Assembly: GCA_022763115.1 (NCBI GenBank)
Contig: JALEGJ010000047.1
Coordinates: 17,979-81,978, forward strand
Direction: 5' to 3'
Length of the DNA: 64,000 nt
Origin: Aquisalinus sp.
Lineage (GTDB): Bacteria; Pseudomonadota; Alphaproteobacteria; Caulobacterales; Parvularculaceae
Each line of letters begins with the position of its first letter. The stretch's first letter is position 1. Below the pieces are notes generated by a model. The model was not told the DNA's origin, did not search any database, and saw only the letters and a list, made by a program, of their open reading frames with translations. The translations under genes and the position numbers were made by a program. Shown piece after piece: positions 1-9,400 of this stretch.

Positions 1-41
1 ATCACGGCGATACAAGCGGCCATACTGGTAATCTTTTTCAT
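1..41 (-). CDS. 5' end of a gene running off the window ([13 protein letters not shown]..., signal-peptide-like)
   Basis: Minus-strand ATG at 41..39 preceded by AGGAAGGGA Shine-Dalgarno. Only 13 codons are visible and it is not in the ORF track. Confidence 0.3.
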   Translation of the reverse strand, partial: MKKITSMAACIAV

Positions 42-238
42 TTGTAGTTCCCTTCCTGGTTTCCAACCTAACATGGTGCGCGGGAACCCTAGCGCAGAGT
101 GAGGGTATGACAACTGAAAAAATTTTCGGTTTCAATATTTATGCATGTATGGCTTCAGACAGGGCTTTAATTCTTCGGCCACGCCTTTATGTGGTTAGGA
201 ATACTTCGCTGAAGCTTCCGCAAATTCCTGGAGATAAA

Positions 239-805
239 ATGTCTGATTATCCTGTCATGCACGGCACCACCATTCTGGCAGTCCGCAAAAACGGCAAGGT
301 CGCCATTGGCGGCGATGGCCAGGTGAGCCTCGGTGAGACAGTTATGAAAGGGGATGCAAGGAAAGTGCGTCGCATCGCCGGGGGCAACGTCATCGCAGGG
401 TTTGCAGGGGCAACAGCCGACGCCTTCACTCTGCTGGAGCGCCTTGAGTCGAAACTCGAACAATATCCCACCCAGTTGACCCGGGCCTGCGTTGATCTTG
501 CCAAGGACTGGCGGACTGACAGGTATTTGAGGCGCCTTGAGGCCATGATGATTGTTGCAGACAAGGAAACAGTTCTAAACATAACAGGCATTGGTGACGT
601 TTTGGAGCCGGAACATCTTGGATCCGGCACTGGAAATGAAGGCGTCATCGCGATCGGTTCCGGCGGCAACTACGCACAATCTGCAGCTCTGGCATTGTTT
701 CAGGAAACAGATTTATCCGCCGAAGACATTGTCAGAAAGGCCATGGGCATCGCTGCGAAGATATGCATTTACACAAATGATCATCTGACGCTTGAAACGC
801 TCTGA
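239..805 (+). CDS. hslV: ATP-dependent protease subunit HslV
   Basis: ORF 107..805. The internal Met at 239 gives [30 protein letters not shown], a short pro-sequence plus the catalytic Thr typical of alphaproteobacterial HslV. hslU follows directly. Confidence 0.93.
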   Translation: MSDYPVMHGTTILAVRKNGKVAIGGDGQVSLGETVMKGDARKVRRIAGGNVIAGFAGATADAFTLLERLESKLEQYPTQLTRACVDLAKDWRTDRYLRRLEAMMIVADKETVLNITGIGDVLEPEHLGSGTGNEGVIAIGSGGNYAQSAALALFQETDLSAEDIVRKAMGIAAKICIYTNDHLTLETL

Positions 806-876
806 TCGTTTCTTTCGACTCTCAAAACTTAAAAAATCTTCGTTCCCCCACCTTAAGCTTGTGTACAAAGGATCGC

Positions 877-2187
877 ATGACAAATTTTTCTCCCCGCGAA
901 ATCGTCTCTGAACTGGATCGCTTCATCATCGGCCAGGCCAAGGCCAAGCGTGCCGTTGCTGTTGCCTTGCGTAACCGCTGGCGCCGTCGCCAGCTGGATG
1001 GGCCTTTGAAAGAGGAAGTCACACCAAAGAACATCCTCATGATTGGCCCTACCGGGGTCGGTAAGACCGAGATTTCGCGACGGCTGGCAAAACTCGCCGG
1101 TGCACCTTTCATCAAAATTGAAGCAACCAAGTTTACCGAGGTCGGGTATGTCGGACGGGACGTCGAATCCATCATCCGTGATCTCGTAGAAATCGCGATT
1201 GGTCTAGTGCGCGAAAAGAAACGTGAAGAAGTGAAAGCTCGTGCTCATGCGGCTGCCGAAGACCGCGTTCTCGATGCGCTTGTTGGCGAAACCGCGACAG
1301 AAGCGACGCGAGAGAGTTTTCGCCAGCGCCTGCGCGCCGGTGATCTTGACGATCGGGAAGTAGAGCTGGATTTGCAGGATACCGGGAAAAACTCCATGCC
1401 GACGCTCGATATTCCCGGAATGCCCGGCGCACAGATGGGCATGATTAATCTCTCCGATATCATGGGTAAGGCTTTCGGCGGCCAGACCAAGAAACGAAAA
1501 CTTCAGATCAAGGATGTTTACGAACCCCTGATTGCCGAAGAAAGCGACAAGCTGCTCGACGATGACACCATCGTTCAGGAAGCCATAGATGCCGCAGAAA
1601 ATGATGGCATTGTCTTTCTTGATGAGATCGACAAGGTGGCCAGAAACAGTGAACGGGCTGGAGCTGACGTCTCGCGTGAAGGCGTGCAGCGCGATCTCTT
1701 GCCACTCATTGAAGGCACCACTGTCAGTACGAAATACGGACCCGTTAAAACGGATCATATTCTTTTCATCGCTTCCGGCGCCTTTCATCTGGCAAAGCCG
1801 TCCGACCTGCTACCGGAATTGCAAGGTCGACTGCCGATTCGCGTAGAGCTGGATGCTTTGACGCGAGATGATTTCAAAAAGATACTGGTCGAAACAGAAG
1901 CGAGCCTCATCAAGCAATATCAGGCTTTGATGCAAACCGAGGGGCTGACTCTCACCTTCCCGGAAGATGGAATAGAGGCCATTGCCGACAAAGCGGCACA
2001 GGTTAATGCGTCGGTCGAAAATATTGGTGCCCGGCGACTGGCCACAATCATGGAAAAAGTTCTTGAAGACGTCTCTTTTGAGGCATCAGATAAAGACGGA
2101 CAAACCATTGATATTAATGCAGAATTTGTCGAGGAGCATCTTGGTGATCTTGCCCGAAATGCTGACTTGTCCAAGTTTATCCTGTAA
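877..2187 (+). CDS. hslU: ATP-dependent protease ATPase subunit HslU
   Basis: Walker [24 protein letters not shown], and a ClpY-type I-domain. Met7 of the ORF (877) sits behind AAGGA. Confidence 0.96.
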   Translation: MTNFSPREIVSELDRFIIGQAKAKRAVAVALRNRWRRRQLDGPLKEEVTPKNILMIGPTGVGKTEISRRLAKLAGAPFIKIEATKFTEVGYVGRDVESIIRDLVEIAIGLVREKKREEVKARAHAAAEDRVLDALVGETATEATRESFRQRLRAGDLDDREVELDLQDTGKNSMPTLDIPGMPGAQMGMINLSDIMGKAFGGQTKKRKLQIKDVYEPLIAEESDKLLDDDTIVQEAIDAAENDGIVFLDEIDKVARNSERAGADVSREGVQRDLLPLIEGTTVSTKYGPVKTDHILFIASGAFHLAKPSDLLPELQGRLPIRVELDALTRDDFKKILVETEASLIKQYQALMQTEGLTLTFPEDGIEAIADKAAQVNASVENIGARRLATIMEKVLEDVSFEASDKDGQTIDINAEFVEEHLGDLARNADLSKFIL

Positions 2188-2245
2188 CCCTGCGGCCACA
2201 GCTTGCTAGACGGCTAGGGGGTGGCGCTTTCGTTAATAAATGATA

Positions 2246-2269
2246 AAATCCCCGTCTAAATGGGGATTT
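2246..2269 (+). terminator. Hairpin after hslU (AAATCCCC-GTCTAAAT-GGGGATTT, then TGCGTT)
   Basis: An 8-bp stem read directly from the sequence. The T-tract is short, so this is a weak intrinsic-terminator call. Confidence 0.4.
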
Positions 2270-2276
2270 GCGTTAC

Positions 2277-3608
2277 ATGGCCGACGGTTCACACATGAAA
2301 AGCACGAGCAGCAGCACCGGCTTTGTTGTCTATCAGGACGAAGAATTTGGATTGGCACATGATGTAGCACGCGATTTGGGCCGGCCATCCAGACGCCTGT
2401 CCACCAGCGATACGCTCTCCGCCCTGATTTCGCAGAAGGCCACCAAGGCTATCGTTCCTTTTGAAAGTGACCGGAACGGCTACAACACCGAAGCACTTTC
2501 AACACTTCTTGATTTCAAAGACTGCATAATCAAGGAAGAACGCTCAAACGAAGATCAGTATCTGCTGGCCACCCCATCCTTTTCGATAAATGAGATAGCC
2601 CAAGCTGCGTTCCCTGGCAGCAACCCGGCGAAAGGCGCTTTCGGTGCCCTGCCGGTTGGCAGTGCCGCACAACAATTTTACCGCAACAGGGTCAATATTG
2701 TTTATGCGTCTACGGATGCTTTTGAGCGCTGCACATCAACGATTGATGAATTGCGCGCCAATGGCATAGAAGTGCGGCGGCTGCCAGAAGGCACGTCTGC
2801 TTATCGTGAAGTTCTGGATCTAGCCCGCCAGGACCTTGACCCTGACCGAAAAGTAAAAACGCAGGTTACTGACAAAGGCCACGCCATGATCAGCGATACG
2901 ACGGCGGCAAATTTTGCCAAGCCGTTGATTGGTGTATTACTACCGCGCGGCGTTGCAGCTGGCCTGACCGGCGGCTTCAATCCCAATACAGGTACGGCAA
3001 ACGGTTCCGAGTTTAACTCCGATTACGTTGTTCTTGGTGACGAACTTGCCGAGGAAAGTAAAATATCCTCACGCTTTCTCGTCGTTGAGCGCAAACCTGC
3101 GCCCAAGAAAGGCGGAAGTTCAAAGCCGCCCAAGCTTATGACGGAGCGGGAAAAAATAATCTCAAAACTGGACGGCATTACGGCCCCATACGCGCGTATC
3201 CTCCTGAAAGTGGATACGCGCGGCGAAAGAACCGGCGATATCGCCGATATCACACAGCCACTTGTTGCTGCCGGGGTCAAGTTTCGGCCGATTTATCTGC
3301 ATGAACGTCCGGAAACGCTGCCAGCCATTCTTGAAATCGAACTGGATATGATGCTCGGCGCCACCCCTCAGGTTAAGAAGGCAATCGGGACGGCCTTTGA
3401 ACGTGCTTTTGCAAAGCCCCGCAATCATGATCCTGTTCTGATGGCAGTTTACGGCAGCACCACAACAAGCTTCAGTGGCGTCATTCAACCAACGGTGCAG
3501 AAGACACCCTGGGGTCTTTACACGGGTCTTGGAGTATTCGCGCTTGTGATGCTTGGTGCGATTGTGTTCGGGTTGTCCAAGGCCTTACCGGCTCTCGGGC
3601 TTCTTTAG
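2277..3608 (+). CDS. Hypothetical membrane-anchored protein with divergent prephenate-dehydratase (PDT) + ACT-like architecture
   Basis: AIVPFESDRNGYNTEALSTLL resembles PDT GVVPIENS..G.V...DLL. SSRFLVV resembles the TRF.V motif, and LHERP resembles the ACT-domain ESRP. C-terminal TM helix GLYTGLGVFALVMLGAIVFGL. The start at 2277 is chosen because the TTG at 2268 lies inside the hslU hairpin. Confidence 0.6.
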   Translation: MADGSHMKSTSSSTGFVVYQDEEFGLAHDVARDLGRPSRRLSTSDTLSALISQKATKAIVPFESDRNGYNTEALSTLLDFKDCIIKEERSNEDQYLLATPSFSINEIAQAAFPGSNPAKGAFGALPVGSAAQQFYRNRVNIVYASTDAFERCTSTIDELRANGIEVRRLPEGTSAYREVLDLARQDLDPDRKVKTQVTDKGHAMISDTTAANFAKPLIGVLLPRGVAAGLTGGFNPNTGTANGSEFNSDYVVLGDELAEESKISSRFLVVERKPAPKKGGSSKPPKLMTEREKIISKLDGITAPYARILLKVDTRGERTGDIADITQPLVAAGVKFRPIYLHERPETLPAILEIELDMMLGATPQVKKAIGTAFERAFAKPRNHDPVLMAVYGSTTTSFSGVIQPTVQKTPWGLYTGLGVFALVMLGAIVFGLSKALPALGLL

Positions 3609-4148
3609 GAAAACATAATAGGCACCCGAACCACCGTGCCGTTGGTGCGCTTGCTTGATACCAGCGATGTGGTGGCGCAAGTGTCCCTCTGCCCACTGAA
3701 CAAAGCGCTCTCTTAGTATACCTCGAGATACAGAGTAGCTGTTATCCTCGTGACCCCTGATTTTGACGCCCTTGCCTGTTATCACCAGCAAAATCCGATT
3801 ACCACGAGACCGAGAGAAGACGATAAACCTGGTAAGAGCCGTATACGCCTGATCCTGTGTCATACCATGCAGGTCTATTATATCATCAATTTCCCGACGC
3901 CCGCGACGCACTTGGCGGACAAGTCGTGGATCACCTGCCTCTGACAAAGGTTGACGATGTGCCGGTTTATGGAGCGTATCTATAGGCGCGTGGGTTTTCA
4001 CCGAAGGGACATACGTTTTGCGCTTTCTGGACACTGGCGCAGGATGCTCTGTATTAGAACTTGGGTGTGGCGGATGCAGGCTTTTCACACCTTCAGTCAC
4101 ACGCTGCCATAACTGGCGTTCGTCATTATTCAGAATGCGACGCTTCAT
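3585..4148 (-). CDS. Smr/MutS2-family endonuclease domain protein
   Basis: DLHGMTQDQAYTALTRFIVFSRSRGNRILLVITGKG is the Smr signature. The gene overlaps the mltA stop. Confidence 0.85.
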   Translation of the reverse strand: MKRRILNNDERQLWQRVTEGVKSLHPPHPSSNTEHPAPVSRKRKTYVPSVKTHAPIDTLHKPAHRQPLSEAGDPRLVRQVRRGRREIDDIIDLHGMTQDQAYTALTRFIVFSRSRGNRILLVITGKGVKIRGHEDNSYSVSRGILRERFVQWAEGHLRHHIAGIKQAHQRHGGSGAYYVFLKKPESR

Positions 4149-5469
4149 GAAATTTCTCTAACCGGGCTGCAGCCTCAAGAGGCAGGAATACAAACATCTG
4201 ACCACGCTGCTTCATGTTACCGGCAACCTCGCCAGCTGCAGTACCGCTGCCGATAAACAAGTCACCACGGACGGGGCCTCTGATCGCACCTCCGGTATCC
4301 TGCGCAATTACCAGACGCTGCTCGCGCGAGGCCTCATCACTCATTCCTTCAAAGTCAATCCATACAGGCGCACCCATCGCATGATATCGTCGATCAACGG
4401 CAAGTGATCGTCCATCACTTAATTGCAGGCCACTTGCCCCAACCGGACCAAGGTCCGGGTCTGGCAAGTCCGTCAGAGGGCGAAAGAACACATAGGATTC
4501 ATTTGTAAATCGCAGGGTCTGGGCCTCCTCGGGGCTAGCAGATTCCAGCCAATCATAAATCGCCTGCATGGACATCTCTTCTCTGCTGATTGCGCCACTT
4601 CTAATCAGGGGCGCGCCTATAGCCGTATATGGATGCCCGTTCTGCGCAGCGTATCCAAAGCGTTTTATTTCGCCACCATAGTCTAGCTTTCCGGACCCTT
4701 GTATTTGCAAAAACAGAAGGTCATTCGGGTTCATCCAACCCAGAATATTCGCTTCAATTCCATCTGTCACAATCTCTTCATGAGACGCATAAGGAACAAG
4801 TTGCCCATCTGCCACCCGGCCGGCAAGTCTTGTACCAGCTAACTCATCCCGAAAAGCGCCAAGATCGACCATGATCAGATCATCCGGGCGAGACAGTATT
4901 GGAGCAGACATTTCTTCGGTTCTTACATCTGAAGCCTTGTACACCGGTTCAAAGTAGCCCGTGAATAAACCCTGGGGCGTCAGGTGATTGTCTGGCGACT
5001 CCTCTTCAGGCTGCAAAACCTGAAAAGGCCTGAAGTGTTTCTCAAAGAAACGCCGTGCATTTTCAGCCGAGCCATATGCAGTCTGAATATCCTGACAGGC
5101 TGGCAACCAGTCAGCCACAAAACCCGCTACGGGAAAATCCACTATGAGGCCGGTAGCCTCTTTCGGATTGAATGCTTCGTCAGCAGAGCGGGAGGTCATT
5201 TGCCTGCAGGACAGCTCAAACGCACCAATGGCCTGCTGCTGCACCCCCTGCTCCCAGCCTGCAATTTCAGAAAATCGAACAGGCACATAAGCAACCGGCA
5301 AAGTCGATACGGCTGGCTGATTACTGATTTGTTTTTCAGTCTGGCTTGATGGCTTGGCAATAATCCAGACAAGCAACCCCACGACAACTGCAAGTGCGCC
5401 AAGAGCGATTCTTCTCCAGAGACGCACATCACTGTTCAACGCAGTTTCGGTCACACTTCTAGCCTGCAA
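4126..5469 (-). CDS. mltA: Membrane-bound lytic murein transglycosylase A
   Basis: N-terminal TM/signal segment and MltA-type domains. The 3D-domain motif AQDTGGAIRGPVRGDLFIGSG is present. Confidence 0.9.
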   Translation of the reverse strand: MQARSVTETALNSDVRLWRRIALGALAVVVGLLVWIIAKPSSQTEKQISNQPAVSTLPVAYVPVRFSEIAGWEQGVQQQAIGAFELSCRQMTSRSADEAFNPKEATGLIVDFPVAGFVADWLPACQDIQTAYGSAENARRFFEKHFRPFQVLQPEEESPDNHLTPQGLFTGYFEPVYKASDVRTEEMSAPILSRPDDLIMVDLGAFRDELAGTRLAGRVADGQLVPYASHEEIVTDGIEANILGWMNPNDLLFLQIQGSGKLDYGGEIKRFGYAAQNGHPYTAIGAPLIRSGAISREEMSMQAIYDWLESASPEEAQTLRFTNESYVFFRPLTDLPDPDLGPVGASGLQLSDGRSLAVDRRYHAMGAPVWIDFEGMSDEASREQRLVIAQDTGGAIRGPVRGDLFIGSGTAAGEVAGNMKQRGQMFVFLPLEAAARLEKFHEASHSE

Positions 5470-6106
5470 TAGATGCAGGGCCGCCTGTTGCTACCAGCTG
5501 CCAGTTTGGATCCCTTGAGTTTACGGACCGTGAAAAGGTCCACCTGTCACGGACACGATCAATTCTATTGGGATCACCATCTATGACTTCACCAGCTCCA
5601 TCCAGCAAAACACGTATCTGATTGGAGATGAACGTCACGGTGATTTTGATGAAGCCATCGTCCACAAGCGCTTCTTCAACCGTAGCGCTTTCTGTTCCTA
5701 CAAATTGTAGCTCGGACGTGTGTCCCTCTGCTTCCCTTGACTGCGCGGCTTCATGAAAAGCAGCATAGACACTCGGGGCAATGAAGGGTTTCACATCAGA
5801 CAGTGCATTTGCAGCAAATGCTTCAACAATCATCTCATACGCAGATTTTGCGCCTGACAGAAATTCCTTTTCCTCAAAATCCGGGTATGCCGCCCGAACA
5901 TCCCTTACCCAGGAAGGCAAATTTTCGGGCTCAACCTCAGGTGTATCTTCCATGACAGGAACATCCGCCTCCTGAGTTTCATTTTGAAAAGGCGCAGGAG
6001 TCTCTTCTGGTTCGTGGCCCCCTTTTCGTCCGAGGGTCGCATATAATTGATAACACATAATACCTGCGAGTACGGCGAAGAAGATTGTAACTGGATCCAT
6101 GCTCAT
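5459..6106 (-). CDS. Tim44-like domain protein (membrane anchored)
   Basis: N-terminal TM, an acidic linker and a C-terminal Tim44-like fold region (FLSGAKSAYEMIVEAF...RWTFSR). It sits in the usual alphaproteobacterial position upstream of mltA. Confidence 0.8.
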   Translation of the reverse strand: MSMDPVTIFFAVLAGIMCYQLYATLGRKGGHEPEETPAPFQNETQEADVPVMEDTPEVEPENLPSWVRDVRAAYPDFEEKEFLSGAKSAYEMIVEAFAANALSDVKPFIAPSVYAAFHEAAQSREAEGHTSELQFVGTESATVEEALVDDGFIKITVTFISNQIRVLLDGAGEVIDGDPNRIDRVRDRWTFSRSVNSRDPNWQLVATGGPASIAG

Positions 6107-6216
6107 GTTTCCCGGGATATTGCGTAGGCGTGAGGGCTGTTAATTATCGTGTCGGCACTTATATAATGTCTCTCACAAAAAGACAGGGCTGTTAACAGAC
6201 AGGACATCACGCAAAT

Positions 6217-6612
6217 ATGATCTTTCTCTTTCTGCTCCTAATCGCTCTTCCCATCGCGGAGATGTTCGTTCTTTTGAAAGCCGGGGGAGCGTTCGGGGTT
6301 TTGCCCGTTATTGCTGCGGTTGTTGCAACAGCCCTTATCGGTGGTGCGATTATCCGGTTGCAGGGATTGCAGGCATTACACCGACTCCGTGAAAGTACGC
6401 GAAATGGCGAAACTCCTGTCGAACCTGTTGTTGACGGGTTTTTTCTCCTGATTGCAGCGCCGTTTCTGATGACCCCTGGTTTCATTACAGACGCATTCGG
6501 TTTTCTTCTTCTGGTGCCGCCTTTCCGCCATGCAATAGCCCGGGAAGCACTGAAGCGTATTCGAGCGTCAATCGAGTCCGGGAAAACGACTTTCACATTT
6601 CGTCAATTCTAA
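6217..6612 (+). CDS. fxsA: FxsA family membrane protein
   Basis: LLKAGGAFGVLPVIAAVVATALIGGAIIRLQG and LLIAAPFLMTPGFITDAFGFLLLVPPFR are typical FxsA motifs. Confidence 0.85.
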   Translation: MIFLFLLLIALPIAEMFVLLKAGGAFGVLPVIAAVVATALIGGAIIRLQGLQALHRLRESTRNGETPVEPVVDGFFLLIAAPFLMTPGFITDAFGFLLLVPPFRHAIAREALKRIRASIESGKTTFTFRQF

Positions 6613-6684
6613 TGAAGGCCTTGCCGCGGAGCTTACCCTCGTGTTAGCAGCGCACCTTCGATTGCCTTACCAGAGAGATAAAAT

Positions 6685-7209
6685 ATGTCAGACACGACAC
6701 CTGCACCACAAGGAGATCAGCCGCAACCAGGGATCTTCCGCGTCGTCAATCAATATATCAAGGACTTGTCCTTCGAAAATCCGAATGCGCCGTTGAGTGC
6801 ACAAAGCGGTGCCAAGCCTGATATCTCCCTGGAAGTAAATCTGGGCGCGCGTGGGCTGGGCGAAGATTTCCCGCTCGGGAAAGATTTTTACGAAGCTGAG
6901 CTATCAATCAGCGCAACAGCGAAGGAAAAAGACAGCGACACTGTAATTTATGTGGTCGAAACCAATTATGCTGGTCTCTTCCAAATTCAAAATGTCCCGC
7001 AGCAGCATATTGGCGGCGTCCTTCTCGTCGATTGTCCAACACTGCTTTTTCCTTTCGCACGCCAGGTCGTCGCAGACGCTGTGCGCAATGGCGGCTTTAC
7101 ACCGCTAATGCTGGAGCCGATGGATTTTGCCGGTATGTACCGACAGAAAGTTGCCCAAGAGCAAGCAGCTGCACAAAACGGCACCGTGCCGGAGGTTGGG
7201 AACGCTTAG
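6685..7209 (+). CDS. secB: Protein-export chaperone SecB
   Basis: FRVVNQYIKDLSFENPNAP...LLVDCPTLLFPFARQVVADAVRNGGFTPLMLEPMDF. Confidence 0.95.
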   Translation: MSDTTPAPQGDQPQPGIFRVVNQYIKDLSFENPNAPLSAQSGAKPDISLEVNLGARGLGEDFPLGKDFYEAELSISATAKEKDSDTVIYVVETNYAGLFQIQNVPQQHIGGVLLVDCPTLLFPFARQVVADAVRNGGFTPLMLEPMDFAGMYRQKVAQEQAAAQNGTVPEVGNA

Positions 7210-7907
7210 GACTGGGCGTACTTTTCCCACAAAGGTTCATCCATCTCCGCGATAAACTCAGCATGCGCTGCTTTCTCTGCGTCAGATAATGTAATGGAAA
7301 GAACCGACGGTCGCTGAAGCGTCATGCGTGCTGCTGCAGTTTCTTCCTCTGTCCCACCGGAGTGATTAAAATTCAGCCCCGCCTGAACGCCACCAGTGAG
7401 TTCAATATAAACTTCCGCGAGAAGACGGGAGTCAAGAAGCGCGCCATGCCCATAACGCTCACGCTCGGCTGTATCAACGCCGAAGCGCGAACAGAGGGCG
7501 TCCAGAGATACAGGTGAACCCGGAAACTTTCGCCGGGCAATTTGCAGGGTATCAGTGACTTCGTTCTCAAGGCGATCAAGACCAGCTTTTTCAAGCTCCC
7601 ACTGAATGAAACGCATATCGAACTGGGCGTTGTGAGCGATTAGTTCAGCATTATCAACAAACTCCCGGAAAGCCGGCCCAACAGATGGATCAGAGAAAAG
7701 AGGCTTGTCTTTCAGGAAATTTGTCGAAAGCCCATGAACCTTGAAGGCTTCATCCGGCATATCACGCTCAGGATTGACGTAGACATGAAAGGTACGACCA
7801 GTAAGAGCACCACGCACCAGTTCAACAGCCCCGACCTCCACCACACGGTGACCTTCTTCAGGTTTGAACCCGGTTGTTTCAGTATCAAATACAATCTGCC
7901 TCATCAC
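7206..7907 (-). CDS. dnaQ: DNA polymerase III epsilon subunit (3'-5' exonuclease)
   Basis: Exo I motif IVFDTETTG, Exo II AHNAQFDMRF and Exo III HGALLDSRLLAEVY. Confidence 0.95.
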   Translation of the reverse strand: MMRQIVFDTETTGFKPEEGHRVVEVGAVELVRGALTGRTFHVYVNPERDMPDEAFKVHGLSTNFLKDKPLFSDPSVGPAFREFVDNAELIAHNAQFDMRFIQWELEKAGLDRLENEVTDTLQIARRKFPGSPVSLDALCSRFGVDTAERERYGHGALLDSRLLAEVYIELTGGVQAGLNFNHSGGTEEETAAARMTLQRPSVLSITLSDAEKAAHAEFIAEMDEPLWEKYAQS

Positions 7908-7948
7908 AAAAGAGCAGCATTATTCGTCTGGCACGGCAAGAATCCTGC

Positions 7949-9400
7949 TCATGACTTTTCGTGGTTATCCAGAATTTTGTGGAAAACACTCTCTATTTCA
8001 GTTGCAGTCTCCTCGTGTGTGCCATCAGTCCTGATAACGTGATCTGCAAGGAGAATTTTTTCTTCCTCGGACATTTGTCGCGAGACTATTGAGGCGAGTT
8101 TTTTTTCAGTCATGCCGGGTCGTGCAAGGACGCGCTCCTTGCGAATATCTAGGTCCGCAGTCACCACAATGACTTCATCAAAGTGATGCGACTGACCAGT
8201 TTCAAATAGTAGCGGAACATCAAGAATGACTGCCTGTACATTCTGCCTCGTAGCCTCCTTAATGAACTTCTCGCGATTAATAGCGACAAGAGGATGCACG
8301 AGCCTTTCAAGTAATTTGAACTCATCAGGATTTTCCATCAGATGCTTAGAGAGAAGGTCGCGTGAAACAGCATCTTCTAGAATCACATCAGGAAAGTACT
8401 CTTTCAACACAGGTACAGCTGCGCCTCCTGCCTGATAAAGCCTATGAACTGCGGTATCTGCATCCCAGACCGCAGCGCCCATTTTGGCAAGGACTTTCGC
8501 CGCAGTCGACTTACCCATACCGATAGAGCCAGTCAGACCAATTTTTATCGGCAGATTTCCCCTGTTTTCCAAGACATCGATAAGATAAGCTTCAAGTCTG
8601 GCTGAGACTTCAGGCTTTTTACCGTACCAGGAGTAAAATCCTGTTGTCGCCTGATGCATTAACATGGAGAGCCCATTAGTTGTTCTGAGCCCCCTTTGAC
8701 GTGCTGCCTTAACAAGACCAGTCTCAAGCGGTATGTAGATAATATCTGCAACGATGGCACTATCTTTTGCGTCAGCAAGGCTAACATCCAGATCAGCTGA
8801 TCCTGGCATGCCCAAAGATGTACAATTAACGATTATATCTGCATCAGGAACAAGAGTATCAATATCACTCCAAAGACATGAAGTGGTAATAAATGAAAAA
8901 GCCTTAACTAAATTCTGGGCTTTGCCATTACTCCTGTTAGCAACAATTATTTTTTGAAAACCTGCTTTATGCAATGCGAAACAAACAGCTGGTGCTGCGC
9001 CCCCCGCACCCAAAACAAGTGCCAGAGATTTCTTATCAGTATCAGAAATAACTTCTTTTATACTTTGTTCAAATCCATACGCATCAGTATTATCTGCATG
9101 GATACCATTTTGAGTGAACGTAAGTGTGTTCGCCACTCCCAGAGCAATAGCTGTCTTTGAAAAACTGTTGGCTATCGCATAGGCTCTTTTCTTATGAGGG
9201 AGAGTAACATTGACGCCGGAATAACCCAGTGAAATCAGTTTCTCGATGAGATCATTGAAATTTTCATCTGTGTCCGGGCAAAATGCTTTATAATAGACCC
9301 CTTGCAGCTGATACTGTTTAAGCCAGTATTCGTGAATAAACGGCGAGACGGAATGCTTGACAGGTGACCCGATCACGCCTGCCTTTTTCGTAAATGTCAC
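7949..9400 (-). CDS. aroE-coaE: Fused shikimate dehydrogenase (AroE, N-terminal ~283 aa) and dephospho-CoA kinase (CoaE, C-terminal ~200 aa)
   Basis: N-terminal GVIGSPVKHSVSPFIH...NVTLPHK...NTD...GAGGAA matches AroE. From IKIGLTGSIGMGKST (P-loop) onward it matches CoaE. This is one uninterrupted 483-codon frame. Confidence 0.88.
   Translation of the reverse strand: MTFTKKAGVIGSPVKHSVSPFIHEYWLKQYQLQGVYYKAFCPDTDENFNDLIEKLISLGYSGVNVTLPHKKRAYAIANSFSKTAIALGVANTLTFTQNGIHADNTDAYGFEQSIKEVISDTDKKSLALVLGAGGAAPAVCFALHKAGFQKIIVANRSNGKAQNLVKAFSFITTSCLWSDIDTLVPDADIIVNCTSLGMPGSADLDVSLADAKDSAIVADIIYIPLETGLVKAARQRGLRTTNGLSMLMHQATTGFYSWYGKKPEVSARLEAYLIDVLENRGNLPIKIGLTGSIGMGKSTAAKVLAKMGAAVWDADTAVHRLYQAGGAAVPVLKEYFPDVILEDAVSRDLLSKHLMENPDEFKLLERLVHPLVAINREKFIKEATRQNVQAVILDVPLLFETGQSHHFDEVIVVTADLDIRKERVLARPGMTEKKLASIVSRQMSEEEKILLADHVIRTDGTHEETATEIESVFHKILDNHEKS

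Noticed and set aside
107-238. N-terminal extensions of track ORFs. Examples: 107-238 before hslV, 859-876 hslU, 10854-10970 DUF299 gene, 20367-20414 aminotransferase, 23038-23136 MATE, 30180-30344 yggS, 47943-48080 maeB, 47914-48072 nfu, 48872-48943 nitroreductase, 51155-51271 fur, 51609-51809 membrane protein and 58846-58878 XRE.
   Set aside because: The extensions are not family-like. They lack Shine-Dalgarno sites and overlap upstream genes or structured RNA. Internal Met codons with better context give canonical N-termini.
3585-3608. Convergent or tandem gene-end overlaps at 3585-3608, 40936-40955, 50745-50773 and 60614-60617, as signs of mis-assembly or pseudogenes.
   Set aside because: All partners are full-length with intact family motifs. 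Short 3' overlaps of this kind are common in compact genomes.
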